Source of the DNA: Chloroflexota bacterium
GTDB lineage: Bacteria; Chloroflexota; UBA6077; JACCZL01
Direction: 5' to 3'
DNA length: 35,803 nucleotides
Assembly: GCA_038318015.1 (NCBI GenBank)
Contig: JBBQBU010000003.1
Span: forward strand, 1-35,803
The position numbers were made by a program, and so were the translations under genes. Shown here piece by piece: positions 1 to 15,800 of this stretch; within the stretch, counting starts at the first letter, position 1, and each line of letters opens with the position of its first letter. Below the pieces are notes generated by a model, which saw only the letters and a program-made list of their open reading frames with translations, searched no databases and had not been told where the DNA came from.

Positions 1-137
1 CTCGGCCATCCGAACCAGCATCCTTGCCACCGCTCGCAAGCAGGGCCAGAATCTGCTCAACGCCTTCCTCGCCATCGCCGGTCCCTCTCCTCTTCAGGCG
101 GTCCCTACCCGTACGTAGCCCGTACGTGGGTAGTTAC
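1..137 (+). mobile_element. Right end of an IS66-family (ISBst12-like) insertion sequence
   Basis: Transposase tail (2-118) followed by ...GTGGGTAGTTAC ending at 137. Its reverse complement GTAACTACCCAC begins with the GTAA terminus typical of IS66. Imperfect hairpin at 105-133. Confidence 0.75.
2..118 (+). CDS. IS66-family transposase, C-terminal fragment (5' truncated by the window)
   Basis: Frame 2 reads SAIRTSILATARKQGQNLLNAFLAIAGPSPLQAVPTRT*. The S-I-L-x-T-A-R-K-Q-G-x-N-L-L motif is typical of IS66 transposase C-termini. Too short for the ORF track. Confidence 0.75.
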   Translation, partial: SAIRTSILATARKQGQNLLNAFLAIAGPSPLQAVPTRT

Positions 138-284
138 GTGCCATGAGCGGTGACGCCACGCGCCTGATCTCGCGCAGCAGTCTGAAGAATGCTGGGGCCT
201 GCAAGGGAATAACCGTTACACCCGGAGGCAGTCTGACTTCTTATGAAAGCGCCCTCTGATGAGACGGTTATCTCCTGACGAGTC

Positions 285-1196
285 CTAGCTGCGGAGAGCG
301 GCGACGGTTTGCGCCAGACCCTCATGAAGCGGCACCGTCGGTTCCCAGCCTAGGTCACGCCGCGCACGATCAATGGTGAAATAGGCAGCCCGCAGGTCGC
401 CAGGCCGGCGCGGCCCACGACGCGGCTCGACATCGACACCGACCGCATCACAGACCGCCCGAAAGATCTGGTTGACGGACGAGCCCACACCGGTGCCGAT
501 GCAATAGACGCGGTCGTCGCCGGCCGTCGCAGCGAGCAGGTTGGCCCGCGCTACGTCGGTCACGTGGACGTAATCACGCACCTGTTCGCCGTCCCAGTGG
601 ATCATCGGAGACTCGCCACTGAGCAGTTGGTTGGTGAATATGGCCACCACTCCGGCCTCGCCGAAGGCGTCCTGGCGCGGCCCGTACACGTTGCCGTAGC
701 GCAGCGCGGTATAGCGCAGGCCACGGTCGAGCGCGTAGTACTTGAGGTAGTGTTCGGCGACCATCTTCGTGATGCCGTAGGGAGATTCGGGCAACTGTGG
801 GTGATCCTCGTCGATGGGGAGGTACTGCGGATTGCCGTAGGTCGCCCCCGACGACGCAAAGATCACCTTCCGCACGCCGGCCGCAATGCACGACTCAAGC
901 ACGTTGACCAGCCCGAGCACGTTCACCTGGGCGTCGTAGCGCGGATCGTCCGTGGAAACCTTGACCGACATCTGCGCCGCCTCGTGGAAGACGACCTCCG
1001 GTCGTTCTGCCAACAGCACGGATGCAAAGTCCGAACTGACAACGTCCACCTCATGAAAGCGTGCCCGAAGATCAAGGTTGGAACGCTTGCCGGTCTTGAG
1101 ATTATCGGCTACGGCGACATCGTGCCCCTCGGCAAGCAGGAGTTCGACGATATGGGAGCCAATGAAACCGGCCCCACCAGTGACAAGCATCTTCAT
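285..1196 (-). CDS. NAD-dependent epimerase/dehydratase (UDP-glucose 4-epimerase-like extended SDR)
   Basis: 303 aa. TGGAGFIG Rossmann motif, ASSGATYG, catalytic [18 protein letters not shown]-like [12 protein letters not shown] and RRPGD. Confidence 0.93.
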   Translation of the reverse strand: MKMLVTGGAGFIGSHIVELLLAEGHDVAVADNLKTGKRSNLDLRARFHEVDVVSSDFASVLLAERPEVVFHEAAQMSVKVSTDDPRYDAQVNVLGLVNVLESCIAAGVRKVIFASSGATYGNPQYLPIDEDHPQLPESPYGITKMVAEHYLKYYALDRGLRYTALRYGNVYGPRQDAFGEAGVVAIFTNQLLSGESPMIHWDGEQVRDYVHVTDVARANLLAATAGDDRVYCIGTGVGSSVNQIFRAVCDAVGVDVEPRRGPRRPGDLRAAYFTIDRARRDLGWEPTVPLHEGLAQTVAALRS

Positions 1197-1304
1197 GTTC
1201 GATCCGAACGTCGTTAGGCGACATGGCGGCTGATGAGTTGTGCTGAGAGCACGATCAGCCGGTGTCAGGGCTGATGGTCGAGTACCGCGAACGTGCGTTA
1301 GCCC

Positions 1305-2324
1305 TCAGGGCGGCCCCGGCGAAACGGCCTGCGCCTGCGCCTGTGCCTGCACGCCAATCCAGGGGATGGGCATGGACTTCACCGCTGAACACACGAGTTT
1401 CAGCAACGCATCCTGACTTGCGAGCAGCGTGTACAAGCGATCCGAGTTCGGGAGACGCTCAAACCGAACCAGTCCGCTGTCTACGGGCGCACTCCCAAGT
1501 TCCTCGGCAACCGAGTCGATAAATTCCGCTCCGGCTCCGCCCGCCGAATGCACGAACACGACGGGCACTCCGCGCTCGACGAGCTTTGAGGTCAGCCCGA
1601 CGACGATGTTCGAGATTTCCTTCGCCTGGTCGTCGCCGGGTAGCGGCAAGGCGACTTTTCGGGCCACGATATTCTTCAGGCGGAAGTACGTCGTCGTGAT
1701 CGCCCCACCGATGATCTCCTGCGTCACATTGCGGAAGATACTTCGGTAGTCGACCTTGCCAGTGACGAACCGCCTCCACCGTCCAGTGCTCTGAATCGCT
1801 CCATGCAGATAGTAGTTGCGGTAGAATTGGCTGTAGACGCGGTCCCGGTCGTAGCGGACCCAGCTGTCGTCGCCAGCCTCAATGTCCATTGCGATGACAC
1901 CATGAACGTAGGGTGCGTCATATGCGGCCAATAAGGAATGCCAGCCGCCCGAACAGTGTCCCATCAGCACGAAACCCTGGACGCCTCTCGCCCAGTGGAG
2001 CCAGGACATTGCGTCAACCGTATCCTTGACCGCACCGTACGGCCCTTCCAGGATCTCGCCGCGCTGGCGGCTTTCTCCGATGCCAGACAGGTCGAACCGC
2101 AGGACCACATGCCCCTGTTCGGCCAATGCACGGGCGAGCTTGACGTAGAGGCGATTCGGCCCTACCCGATTGATCAGGCCAGGATTCAGCAAAATGACCC
2201 CAGGCAAGTCGGAATCGCGGCGGCCTTCGGGCGGGTCCGTGATGATGCCAACCAGATTCTGCTCCTCGTGGCCGAAAAGCAGAACCTCCTCCGTGATCGT
2301 GACTGGTGACTGACTGGTATTCAC
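1305..2324 (-). CDS. Alpha/beta-hydrolase-fold protein, exosortase-A-associated hydrolase 1-like (Cys elbow)
   Basis: 339 aa. RVGPNRLYVKLARALA, LRFDLSGIGES, elbow GHCSG and YRNYY...RWRRFVTGKVD lid segment. The GTG start overlaps the upstream TGA (GTGA). The position where a catalytic His is expected reads NSDRLY. Confidence 0.8.
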   Translation of the reverse strand: MNTSQSPVTITEEVLLFGHEEQNLVGIITDPPEGRRDSDLPGVILLNPGLINRVGPNRLYVKLARALAEQGHVVLRFDLSGIGESRQRGEILEGPYGAVKDTVDAMSWLHWARGVQGFVLMGHCSGGWHSLLAAYDAPYVHGVIAMDIEAGDDSWVRYDRDRVYSQFYRNYYLHGAIQSTGRWRRFVTGKVDYRSIFRNVTQEIIGGAITTTYFRLKNIVARKVALPLPGDDQAKEISNIVVGLTSKLVERGVPVVFVHSAGGAGAEFIDSVAEELGSAPVDSGLVRFERLPNSDRLYTLLASQDALLKLVCSAVKSMPIPWIGVQAQAQAQAVSPGPP

Positions 2325-3145
2325 TCGCTTTGACTCGACATCCAGGTGACAATTGACTGAAGGGCCTGGTGCGGCACTAGGCCCTTGTCTGGGTCCTCTG
2401 CCCAGACGCTGAAGCCAGGGACGTACTCGTATACCACGTCAACATCCAGGGCCCGCAGATGGTCGCAGAGCCGCTCGACCTCAGGGTCACCCCGGCTGTC
2501 GAACACAAGCACGCTGCGTGCCGGCTTAGTGCCAATCGCCAGCAGATCGAGGGCGGTCAGCTCGTCGATCAAGCGATTATTCATCTTGACTCCGAGCAAC
2601 TCCGACGGCCTCTCGTTCGATTGCTCAACGGTTGGGCGGTCGAAGAAGTGACCCCAGAGCCGTTCCTGATGCTGGACCTTCATCTGCTCCAAGTATTCGC
2701 GGCCATGAATGATCGGATCCCAGAGGACCAGATGCATGACATCGCCGCGCTTCACGGCAGCCTGTAGGGCCAGCGCGGCACCGAGCCGCAACCCGACCAG
2801 GGTGATGTGGCGGCGGTGCATCGCGCGTCGAGTTTCCTCGATAGCGGTCGAAACGTCACCGATCCACCCGTTCAAGCTGGTGTCGTCGTCGCCTCCACCC
2901 GAGTCACCGGTCCCGAAATATTCGAAACGGCCGACCTGGAAGCCCTGACCAGCCAGACGGCTTGCCAGATGTAAGAAGGCCCGATGTGAATAGGCGTATT
3001 CCAATCCCAGCGGATTGCACAGGACTGCCACCGTCTCGCGCTCGGTACCGTCGCTCGGCGGGTGGGAGCAGCCATAGAGACGTCGTTCCGGAGGACCGAA
3101 GAAACCGGGCCAGCGGGTGCCAATCGTGAATCTAACGGGGTCCAT
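2321..3145 (-). CDS. Alpha/beta-hydrolase-fold protein, exosortase-A-associated hydrolase 2-like (no nucleophile: GLRLG)
   Basis: About 274 aa from ATG 3145, overlapping the NRPS end by 14 nt. VLCNPLGLEY, RFEYFGTGDSGG, elbow VGLRLGA and LVLWDPIIHGREYL. Confidence 0.8.
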   Translation of the reverse strand: MDPVRFTIGTRWPGFFGPPERRLYGCSHPPSDGTERETVAVLCNPLGLEYAYSHRAFLHLASRLAGQGFQVGRFEYFGTGDSGGGDDDTSLNGWIGDVSTAIEETRRAMHRRHITLVGLRLGAALALQAAVKRGDVMHLVLWDPIIHGREYLEQMKVQHQERLWGHFFDRPTVEQSNERPSELLGVKMNNRLIDELTALDLLAIGTKPARSVLVFDSRGDPEVERLCDHLRALDVDVVYEYVPGFSVWAEDPDKGLVPHQALQSIVTWMSSQSE

Positions 3146-6100
3146 TCGACCTGGGACCAATCAGGCGCTTGACAGCACTGAACATCTGGTTCGCCAGGCG
3201 CCCGCCTGGCTTGGGCTGCTCGGCCGCTGGCTGAGCAGCCTCCTTGCGCCGCTGGACCGCTTCGTAGATCGCGGCCACCTGCCCGAGGTTCTGCGTCACC
3301 ATGATCCCCACATTGAACCGAACCCCGGTCCGACGTTGGAGTTTGGCGTTGACCTTCATGGCCATCAGCGAATGGCCGCCCAGGTCGAAGAAGTTGTCGT
3401 GCCGGCCGACCTGCTGGATTTCAAGCGCTTCCCGCCAGATCTCCGCGATGATGATCTCCATTGGTGTCTTTGGCGGCTCGAAATCATCCTCAATAGTGGT
3501 CCCCTCTGGCGAGGGCAGTGCCAGACGATTGACCTTTCCATTGGGCGTCAACGGCAGCGCGCTGAGCATCACGAATACGCTCGGCACCATGAATTCAGGC
3601 AGTCGCTCACGCAGGAACGACCGCAGGTCCATGGAGCTCGGTGTATTGCCTTCGATCGGTACCACGTAGGCAACGAGCCGCGACTCCTGCCGTCGGTCAC
3701 GGTCAGCGATGACGACCACGTCACGGACGGTGGGGTGCTTTGCGAGCGCCGCTTCCACCTCACCCGGCTCCACGCGCGAGCCTCGGATCTTGACCTGGTT
3801 ATCGACCCGCCCGACGTATTCGATGTTGCCATCGGCACGGTACCGGGCGCGATCTCCGGTTCGGAACAGGCGCGCGCCCGGCTCGTCAAGAAAGGGGTTC
3901 TGAATGAACCGCTCAGCGGTCAGCGCTGGGCGGTCAAGATACCCCCGAGCCAGGTTCGCACCACCAACATACAGCTCCCCCGAAACGCCGATGGGGACGG
4001 GTTGACCCAACTCGTCAAGGATGTAAGTCTGCGTGTTCTGAATCGCGCGGCCAATCGGGATCGTGGTGAGCGACTCGAGATCGAGCGAGGTGGTATCGCA
4101 GCACGTGACGTCTGCGGCTAGCTCCGACGAACCGTACAGGTTGATCAAACGCACCGATGGCAAGATCGCTCGGAAGCGGCGCACCAACTCAACGGAGAGC
4201 GCCTCGCCGCTGGAAGTCCAGTGCTTGAGATGGGGCAACTTCTTCGCCAGATCTGGCTCGTTTTCGAGCAACGCATCCAGTAGCGAAGGGACCAACACAA
4301 ACCGCGTCACGTTGCTTGCGGCTAGCGTCTCCACCAGCGGACCAAAGTCTTTGACGACCTCGTCGGGGATGAGTACGACGGGCACGCCCTTCAGCAGTGG
4401 GCCGAACAACTCCCAGACTGCGTCAACGAAACTCAGGGTTGTCGTTAGACAGCACGTCTCACGGGGCATGAACGGGTACGCCTGCCACATCCAGGCAAAC
4501 CTATTCAGTGCACCTCGGTGCAATCCGAGCACACCCTTGGGGAGGCCCGTCGACCCCGAAGTGTAGAGGACGTAGGCGGCGCTCTCTGCTGTGGTGGAGG
4601 CGAGCGGATTCTCGGTGCTCTCACCCTCAATCACCAATAGGTCTCGGTCCAGAAACACCACCTGGGCATCTGCATCGGGCTCATGGCTGAGCAGCGCCTC
4701 GATTGTCAGGACGATGTGTGCCCGTGTATCGCGTAGCATGAAGGCCAGTCGATCAGACGGGTAGTTGGGATCGAGCGGCAGATACGTCCCGCCGGCTTTC
4801 AGGACGGCCAGGACGCTGACCACCAGATCAGTCGTTCGCGGAAGGAAGACCCCAACCCGCGTCTCCGGCTCTACGCCTATCCGAACCAGATAGTGCGCCA
4901 GCCGATTCGCCTGCTGGTTGAGTTCGCCGAACGTCATCGGGCCGGTTGACGAGTGCAGCGCGACGACGTCGGGCGTGGCTGCCACCTGCGCTTCGAACAG
5001 ATCCTGGATGCGCTGATCGTTGGGAAAGCTCGCCTCGGTCGCATTCCATTCGACCAGCAGCAGCTGCCGCTCGGACTCGGACATGAGTGGCAGTCGCGCG
5101 ATCTCCTGCTCGGGATCAGCGACTATGGCGGCAAGCAGGGACTCAATGTGCCCTTGCATCCGGACAATCGTCTCGCGATCAAACAGATCGGGGTTGTAGC
5201 GGAAGCGATACACCATGCCCCGCTCGGTTTCGAGCAGGTTCAGGAAGATGTCGGTTCCCTCTTCGGCCTGGTCAAGGTCGAAGCGCTGGACTTCCAGGCC
5301 AGCGACCGTGGTCGTCTTGTGGGTTGGGTCAAGGTGCAGCAGGAAACCGCCGAGTCGACTGAGGGTGTTGATGTTGAACGACACGTCGAAGAAGCGGTCG
5401 CGCTTGCTCCCGCTGTTAGCACGGAGTTCACTCACCACCATTGCCCAGGGGTAATCCTGGTTCTCAATGGCACTGAGTACCGTGGGGTGCATTTGCTGCA
5501 GGAGTTCGGCGAACGTCAACCCCGGCGTCAAGCTCGCCCGCATGAGGACGATATTGGCAAACACGCCAATGACTTCCTCGAACTCGGGGCGGGTACGGCC
5601 GCTCATCGGCGACGCCACGACGATGTCGTCCTGGCCGGTATACCGGTGGAGTTGGACGAAGAAGGCCGCCAGCAGGACGGTGTAGAGCGTCGTGCGATGC
5701 GCCCGGGCCACCTTGCGTAGCCGAACGACCAGCGCCTCATCCAGCGAGAATTCATGTCGGCGCGGCAAGAATTCCTTGTTCAGGACGCGTGGTCGATCAG
5801 TTGGCAGAGCAAGCTGTGGGACTTCACCACCGAGCTGCTGCTGCCAGTACGCGCGCTGTCGCTCGCCCTCCGGTCCGCTCAGCGTATCGGTCTGCCAGGT
5901 CCCAAAGTCGGTGTACTGCGCCTTCGGCGGCGCGAGCGGGTTGGGGCGACCGGCGGTTTCGGCCTCGTACAGATGGCGCAGTTCTTCGAGGAAGAATCCG
6001 AGAGACAGCCCGTCGAAGGCGATATGGTGAGCCACCGGGAACAGAATGTGATCGGTTTCCGAGCGGGTGAACAGTGTGACGCGCAGCACCGGCCCCTTTT

Positions 6101-6511
6101 CGAGGTCGAACTGACGAAGGTGCTCAGCATTGACATGCTTGCGAATCTGCTCGTCAGTCCACTGGCTCGTATCAACCTGCTCGAAATGCACTTCGGCCTG
6201 AGTGTGGACTTCCTGCATTGGCTCGCCAGCGAGCATCGTGTACGTCGTGCGGAACACTGCGTGGCGATCAACCATGCTCTGGAACGCACGCCGCAACGCC
6301 GCGACGTCCACTCGGGAGACGATCTGCATCGGGAACGGCACCGTCAGAGACAGGCTCTCCGGGTGCATCAGGTGGTTGTACCACCACTGCTGCTGCACTT
6401 GTGATTGAGGATGAACGGTCTTCGTATTCCCGAGTCGTTTTGCTAAGAGTTGGGCCGCCAACGCCCGCTTCTCATCGGCGGTCCAGGCACCAAGCTGAGC
6501 CTGTACGTCAG

Positions 6512-6515
<4 letters not shown>
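3132..6515 (-). CDS. Single-module NRPS (C-A-PCP), predicted beta-alanine-activating, with no TE or reductase
   Basis: 1127 aa. C domain HHIAFDG; A-domain motifs YTSGSTGLPKG, NLYGSSE, GELYVGG, FRTGD, QVKIRGSRVE, NGKV; PCP NFFDLGGHSL; then only a short C-terminal tail. The TTG start overlaps the PKS-C stop (TTGA). N-terminal docking-like helix WTADEKRALAAQLL. Confidence 0.95.
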
Positions 6516-12196
<5,681 letters not shown>

Positions 12197-12283
12197 AGTT
12201 ACCCTATGCGCCCCCCGCCACATTCCGGCCGAGCGCCAGATCAGCGCCTTGAGAACTCAGGAACCGACACTTACGCCACGCAT

Positions 12284-12292
12284 GTTATACCA
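12284..12292 (-). promoter_or_regulatory. Putative extended -10 promoter (TGgTATAAC) for the left operon
   Basis: Minus strand reads TGGTATAAC about 90 nt upstream of the PKS-C ATG, an AT-rich hexamer in GC-rich context. Confidence 0.45.
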
Positions 12293-12865
12293 AGCCCGGA
12301 AGACCGCGCCGTAAATTCCGCGCCTACCCTGATGCGGTGTCCCGGCTGACCACCTGGACTCGGAACGCCTCATCGCCAGCGCTCCGGAGAATGCGGCGTC
12401 ATCAGGCGGGATTGGTATTAGTTCGGCAAACGCATGTGGTACATACGCAGTCGGGGCGCGCCAGGAATCGAGCGCCCGCCGCCCATGGCCCGCATCGCCG
12501 CAGGCGAATATACTAGCGGAGCCAGATGACATTATGCCATCTGGCACGGTCTATGCGACAATTAGGCACCCTTCTTTTTAATGGCGCGTTGATCGTGACA
12601 GCAGGCACTCCACTTGGATGAGGCGACATTGGCGAGAGCTCAGGCAGTGGGATCGACCCGCTCGTTGCGAGCGGGGATGCGCACAGCAGGCCACGCCGGC
12701 CCAACGCCGTCGGCCAACATTGACGCACTCGACCAGCAGCCGCCACTCGGCTCTCGCCTGACGACCCACCGTACAGTCGAGCACCCACCTGCGTTACTCG
12801 ACTAGTCCGTCCGGCATCGTTGAGGCGGGTGTGGCACCGGCCTCTAACCTCCGAAGGTGGAATCC

Positions 12866-15800
12866 ATGACCGCGCACCCGTCCGACAGAACCGAGCGTCC
12901 TACTCCACCGTTTGCCCGTCCGGGCAACGAGTCGAAGCAGCCGGCCACGCAGCCGGAACCGATTGCAATCGTCGGCATCGGTTGTCGCTTTCCAGGTGGC
13001 GTTGACTCCCCGGACAGCTTCTGGAAGTTTCTCGTCGAGGGGCGGGATGCTATCACGGACATCCCGGCTAATCGCTTCGATCTCGAATCGACCGGCGACC
13101 CAGAATTGGCGACGACGGTCGAGGGGCGCACGCGGCGAGGCGGCTTCCTTGAACACCTCGATCAGTTCGACGCCCAGTTCTTCGGCATCTCGCCACGGGA
13201 AGCGGCACAGCTTGATCCACAGCAACGCTTGATGCTCGAAGTTGCCTGGGAGGCGCTCGAAGATGCGGGGCATCGGCCAGACCGGCTCGACGGCAAGCAC
13301 ACTGGCGTCTACGTCGGCGTGTGGGCTGGCGATCAGGAAGGACGGCTGGCTCAAGATGCAGCACCGTTCGACTTTTATAAGCACGTGGGGAGTGGCCGCT
13401 ATTTTGCGTCAGGCCGCGTCTCCTATGCGCTCGGACTCGAAGGCCCTAGCCTGACCCTGGACACCGGGTGTTCCTCATCGTTGGTTGCTGTCCATCTGGC
13501 CTGCCAGAGCCTGCGCGCGGGAGAATGTGATGTCGCGCTCGCCGGCGGCGTCAACGTCATCCTCCAACCGCACCTGACGGACGCACTCACGCAGGGCGGG
13601 ATTCTCAGTCCAGATGGACGGTGTAAGTTCGGGGATGCCCGGGCTGACGGCTACGTTCGTAGCGAAGGCGCGGCCGTCGTTGTCCTCAAGCCGCTTACGC
13701 AGGCACTGGCTGACGGTGATCCCATCTACGCCCTCATTCGCGGCGGCGCGGTCAGCAACGATGGACGGAGCAGTGGCTTCCTCGCCACGCCCGGCTCAGA
13801 GGGCCAGGAGGAGACGCTGCGGCGGGCCTATCGGAACGCGGGCGTGTCGCCGGGCAGCGTCGCGTACGTCGAGGCACACGGGACCGGCACCCGCGCTGGT
13901 GACCCGGTCGAACTGCGCGCGATCCATAACGTGTTCAGCGTCGACCGCCCGGCAGACTTGCCCTGCCTCGTCGGCTCGCACAAAACCAATTTTGGGCACA
14001 CTGAAGCTGCAGCTGGTGTGGCCGGGCTCATCAAAGTTGCGCTGGCAGTGAAGCACCGGGTGATCCCCGCCAGCCTGCACTTCTCCGAGCCGAATCCGGG
14101 CTTCAGGTGGGAAGGGTCGCCGGTGGTGATCCCCACCGCAGCGGTCCCCTGGCCGAGTGGGGTCGGGCCTGCACTGGCTGGGATCTCATCCATCGGCCTC
14201 GCGGGCACGAACGCGCATCTCGTGCTGGAGGAACCACCGATTCGGCAATCGGCGCAGGTCCGCACGGATGGCGGCGACCATGATCGGCCTCGCGTGCTGA
14301 CAGTTTCTGGGCACTCCCAGGGGGCGCTTAATGCGGCAGCTGCTCGGCTCCAGGCGTTCCTGGATGACACCGGGTCAGCGGACGTCGCGCTCGACGACAT
14401 TTGCTACACGGCCAACGTGCGCCGCGCGCAGCAAGAGCACCGGGGTGCCGTGGTGGCTCGTGATCGCGCCAGCCTCAGCGCGGGATTGGCTCACCTGGCT
14501 GCTGGCGAGATGGCATCAGGCGTAATCGTCGGACAGACCGGCGCAGACCGGCCAAAGGTCGCCTTTGTGTTCGCGGGGCAGGGTGCGCAGTGGCTGGGCA
14601 TGGGCCGACAGTTGCTGGCTGATGAGCCGGTCTTCCGGGCAGCTATCGAGCGCTGCTCCGCGGCGCTGGCACCGTTGCTCGACGGCTGGTCGCTCCTGGA
14701 AGAACTGACCGCCGACGAGGCCACCTCGAAGCTTGAGCGTATTGACGTGCAGCAGCCGGCCGTCTTTGCCGTTCAGGTGGCACTCGCCGAACTCTGGCGT
14801 TCCTGGGGCATCGAGCCAGCCGCCGTCGTCGGCCATAGCCTCGGGGAAGTGGCCGCAGCCCACGTAGCGGGGGCGCTGAGCCTGGAGGACGCCAGCCGCG
14901 TCGTGACGCTTCGGAGCAAGCTCCTCCGGAAGATCAGCGGGCAGGGTGCGATGGGCGTTGTCGGCCTCTCGATGGACGAGTGCCGTGAGATCCTTGTCGG
15001 CTACGAGGATCGCCTCTCCATCGGCGTGAGCAATAGTCCAAAGTCGACCGTCCTGTCCGGCGATCCCACCGCGTTGGACGAGGTCATGGCGGTAGTGCGG
15101 AACCGGGATGTGTTCTGTCGCCTGGTCAAGATCGACGCAGCCTCACACAGCCCGCAGACCGAGCCACTGCTGCCAGAACTGGCGGCCGGATTGGCGATGA
15201 TCAAGCCGCAGCCGGCCAAACTGCCGTTCTACTCAACGGTGACGGGCGCGATCTGTGAGGGCTTCCTCCACGACGGACACTACTGGACGCGCAACCTGCG
15301 CGAAACGGTGCTGTTCTCGACTGCGGTGGCGCGGCTGGTCGAGGACAACTTCGAAGTCTTCGTAGAGGTCAGCCCGCACCCGATCCTGGTCCAGCCAGTC
15401 GAGGCGACTGCCCATGCACACGGGCGCTCCGTCAAAGCCGTGCCCTCCTTGCAGCGATCGGGAGACGACTGGATGGTCATCCTGAGTTCGTTGGGGGCGC
15501 TCCACGTCGCCGGCTGCGCCGTTGACTGGACGCGGCTCTACCCGAACGATGGCACAGTCTGTTCTCTACCGACCTATGCCTGGCAGCGCGACCGCTATTG
15601 GTTCGACGCAAAGTCAGCGCCAACAGGTGTCGTGTCGTGGGCAGCGGAGGCCGGCGGTGAGCCTGCTTTGCACCCGTTGCTGGGCGCTCGCCTGCCGGAT
15701 CTCGCGGTGCTACCGGGCAGTGTGGTGTGGCAGCGCCCGCTAGATGAGCGTCTGGCGCGCAAGCTTCTCGGCGAGCAGGCTTCCGACGCGCCGCTGCCGT

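Noticed and set aside
1327-1352. CCTGCG-type hexamer repeat encoding QAQAQAQA
   Set aside because: Short, imperfect, frame-preserving and in a terminal tail; unlikely to be a phase-variation tract.
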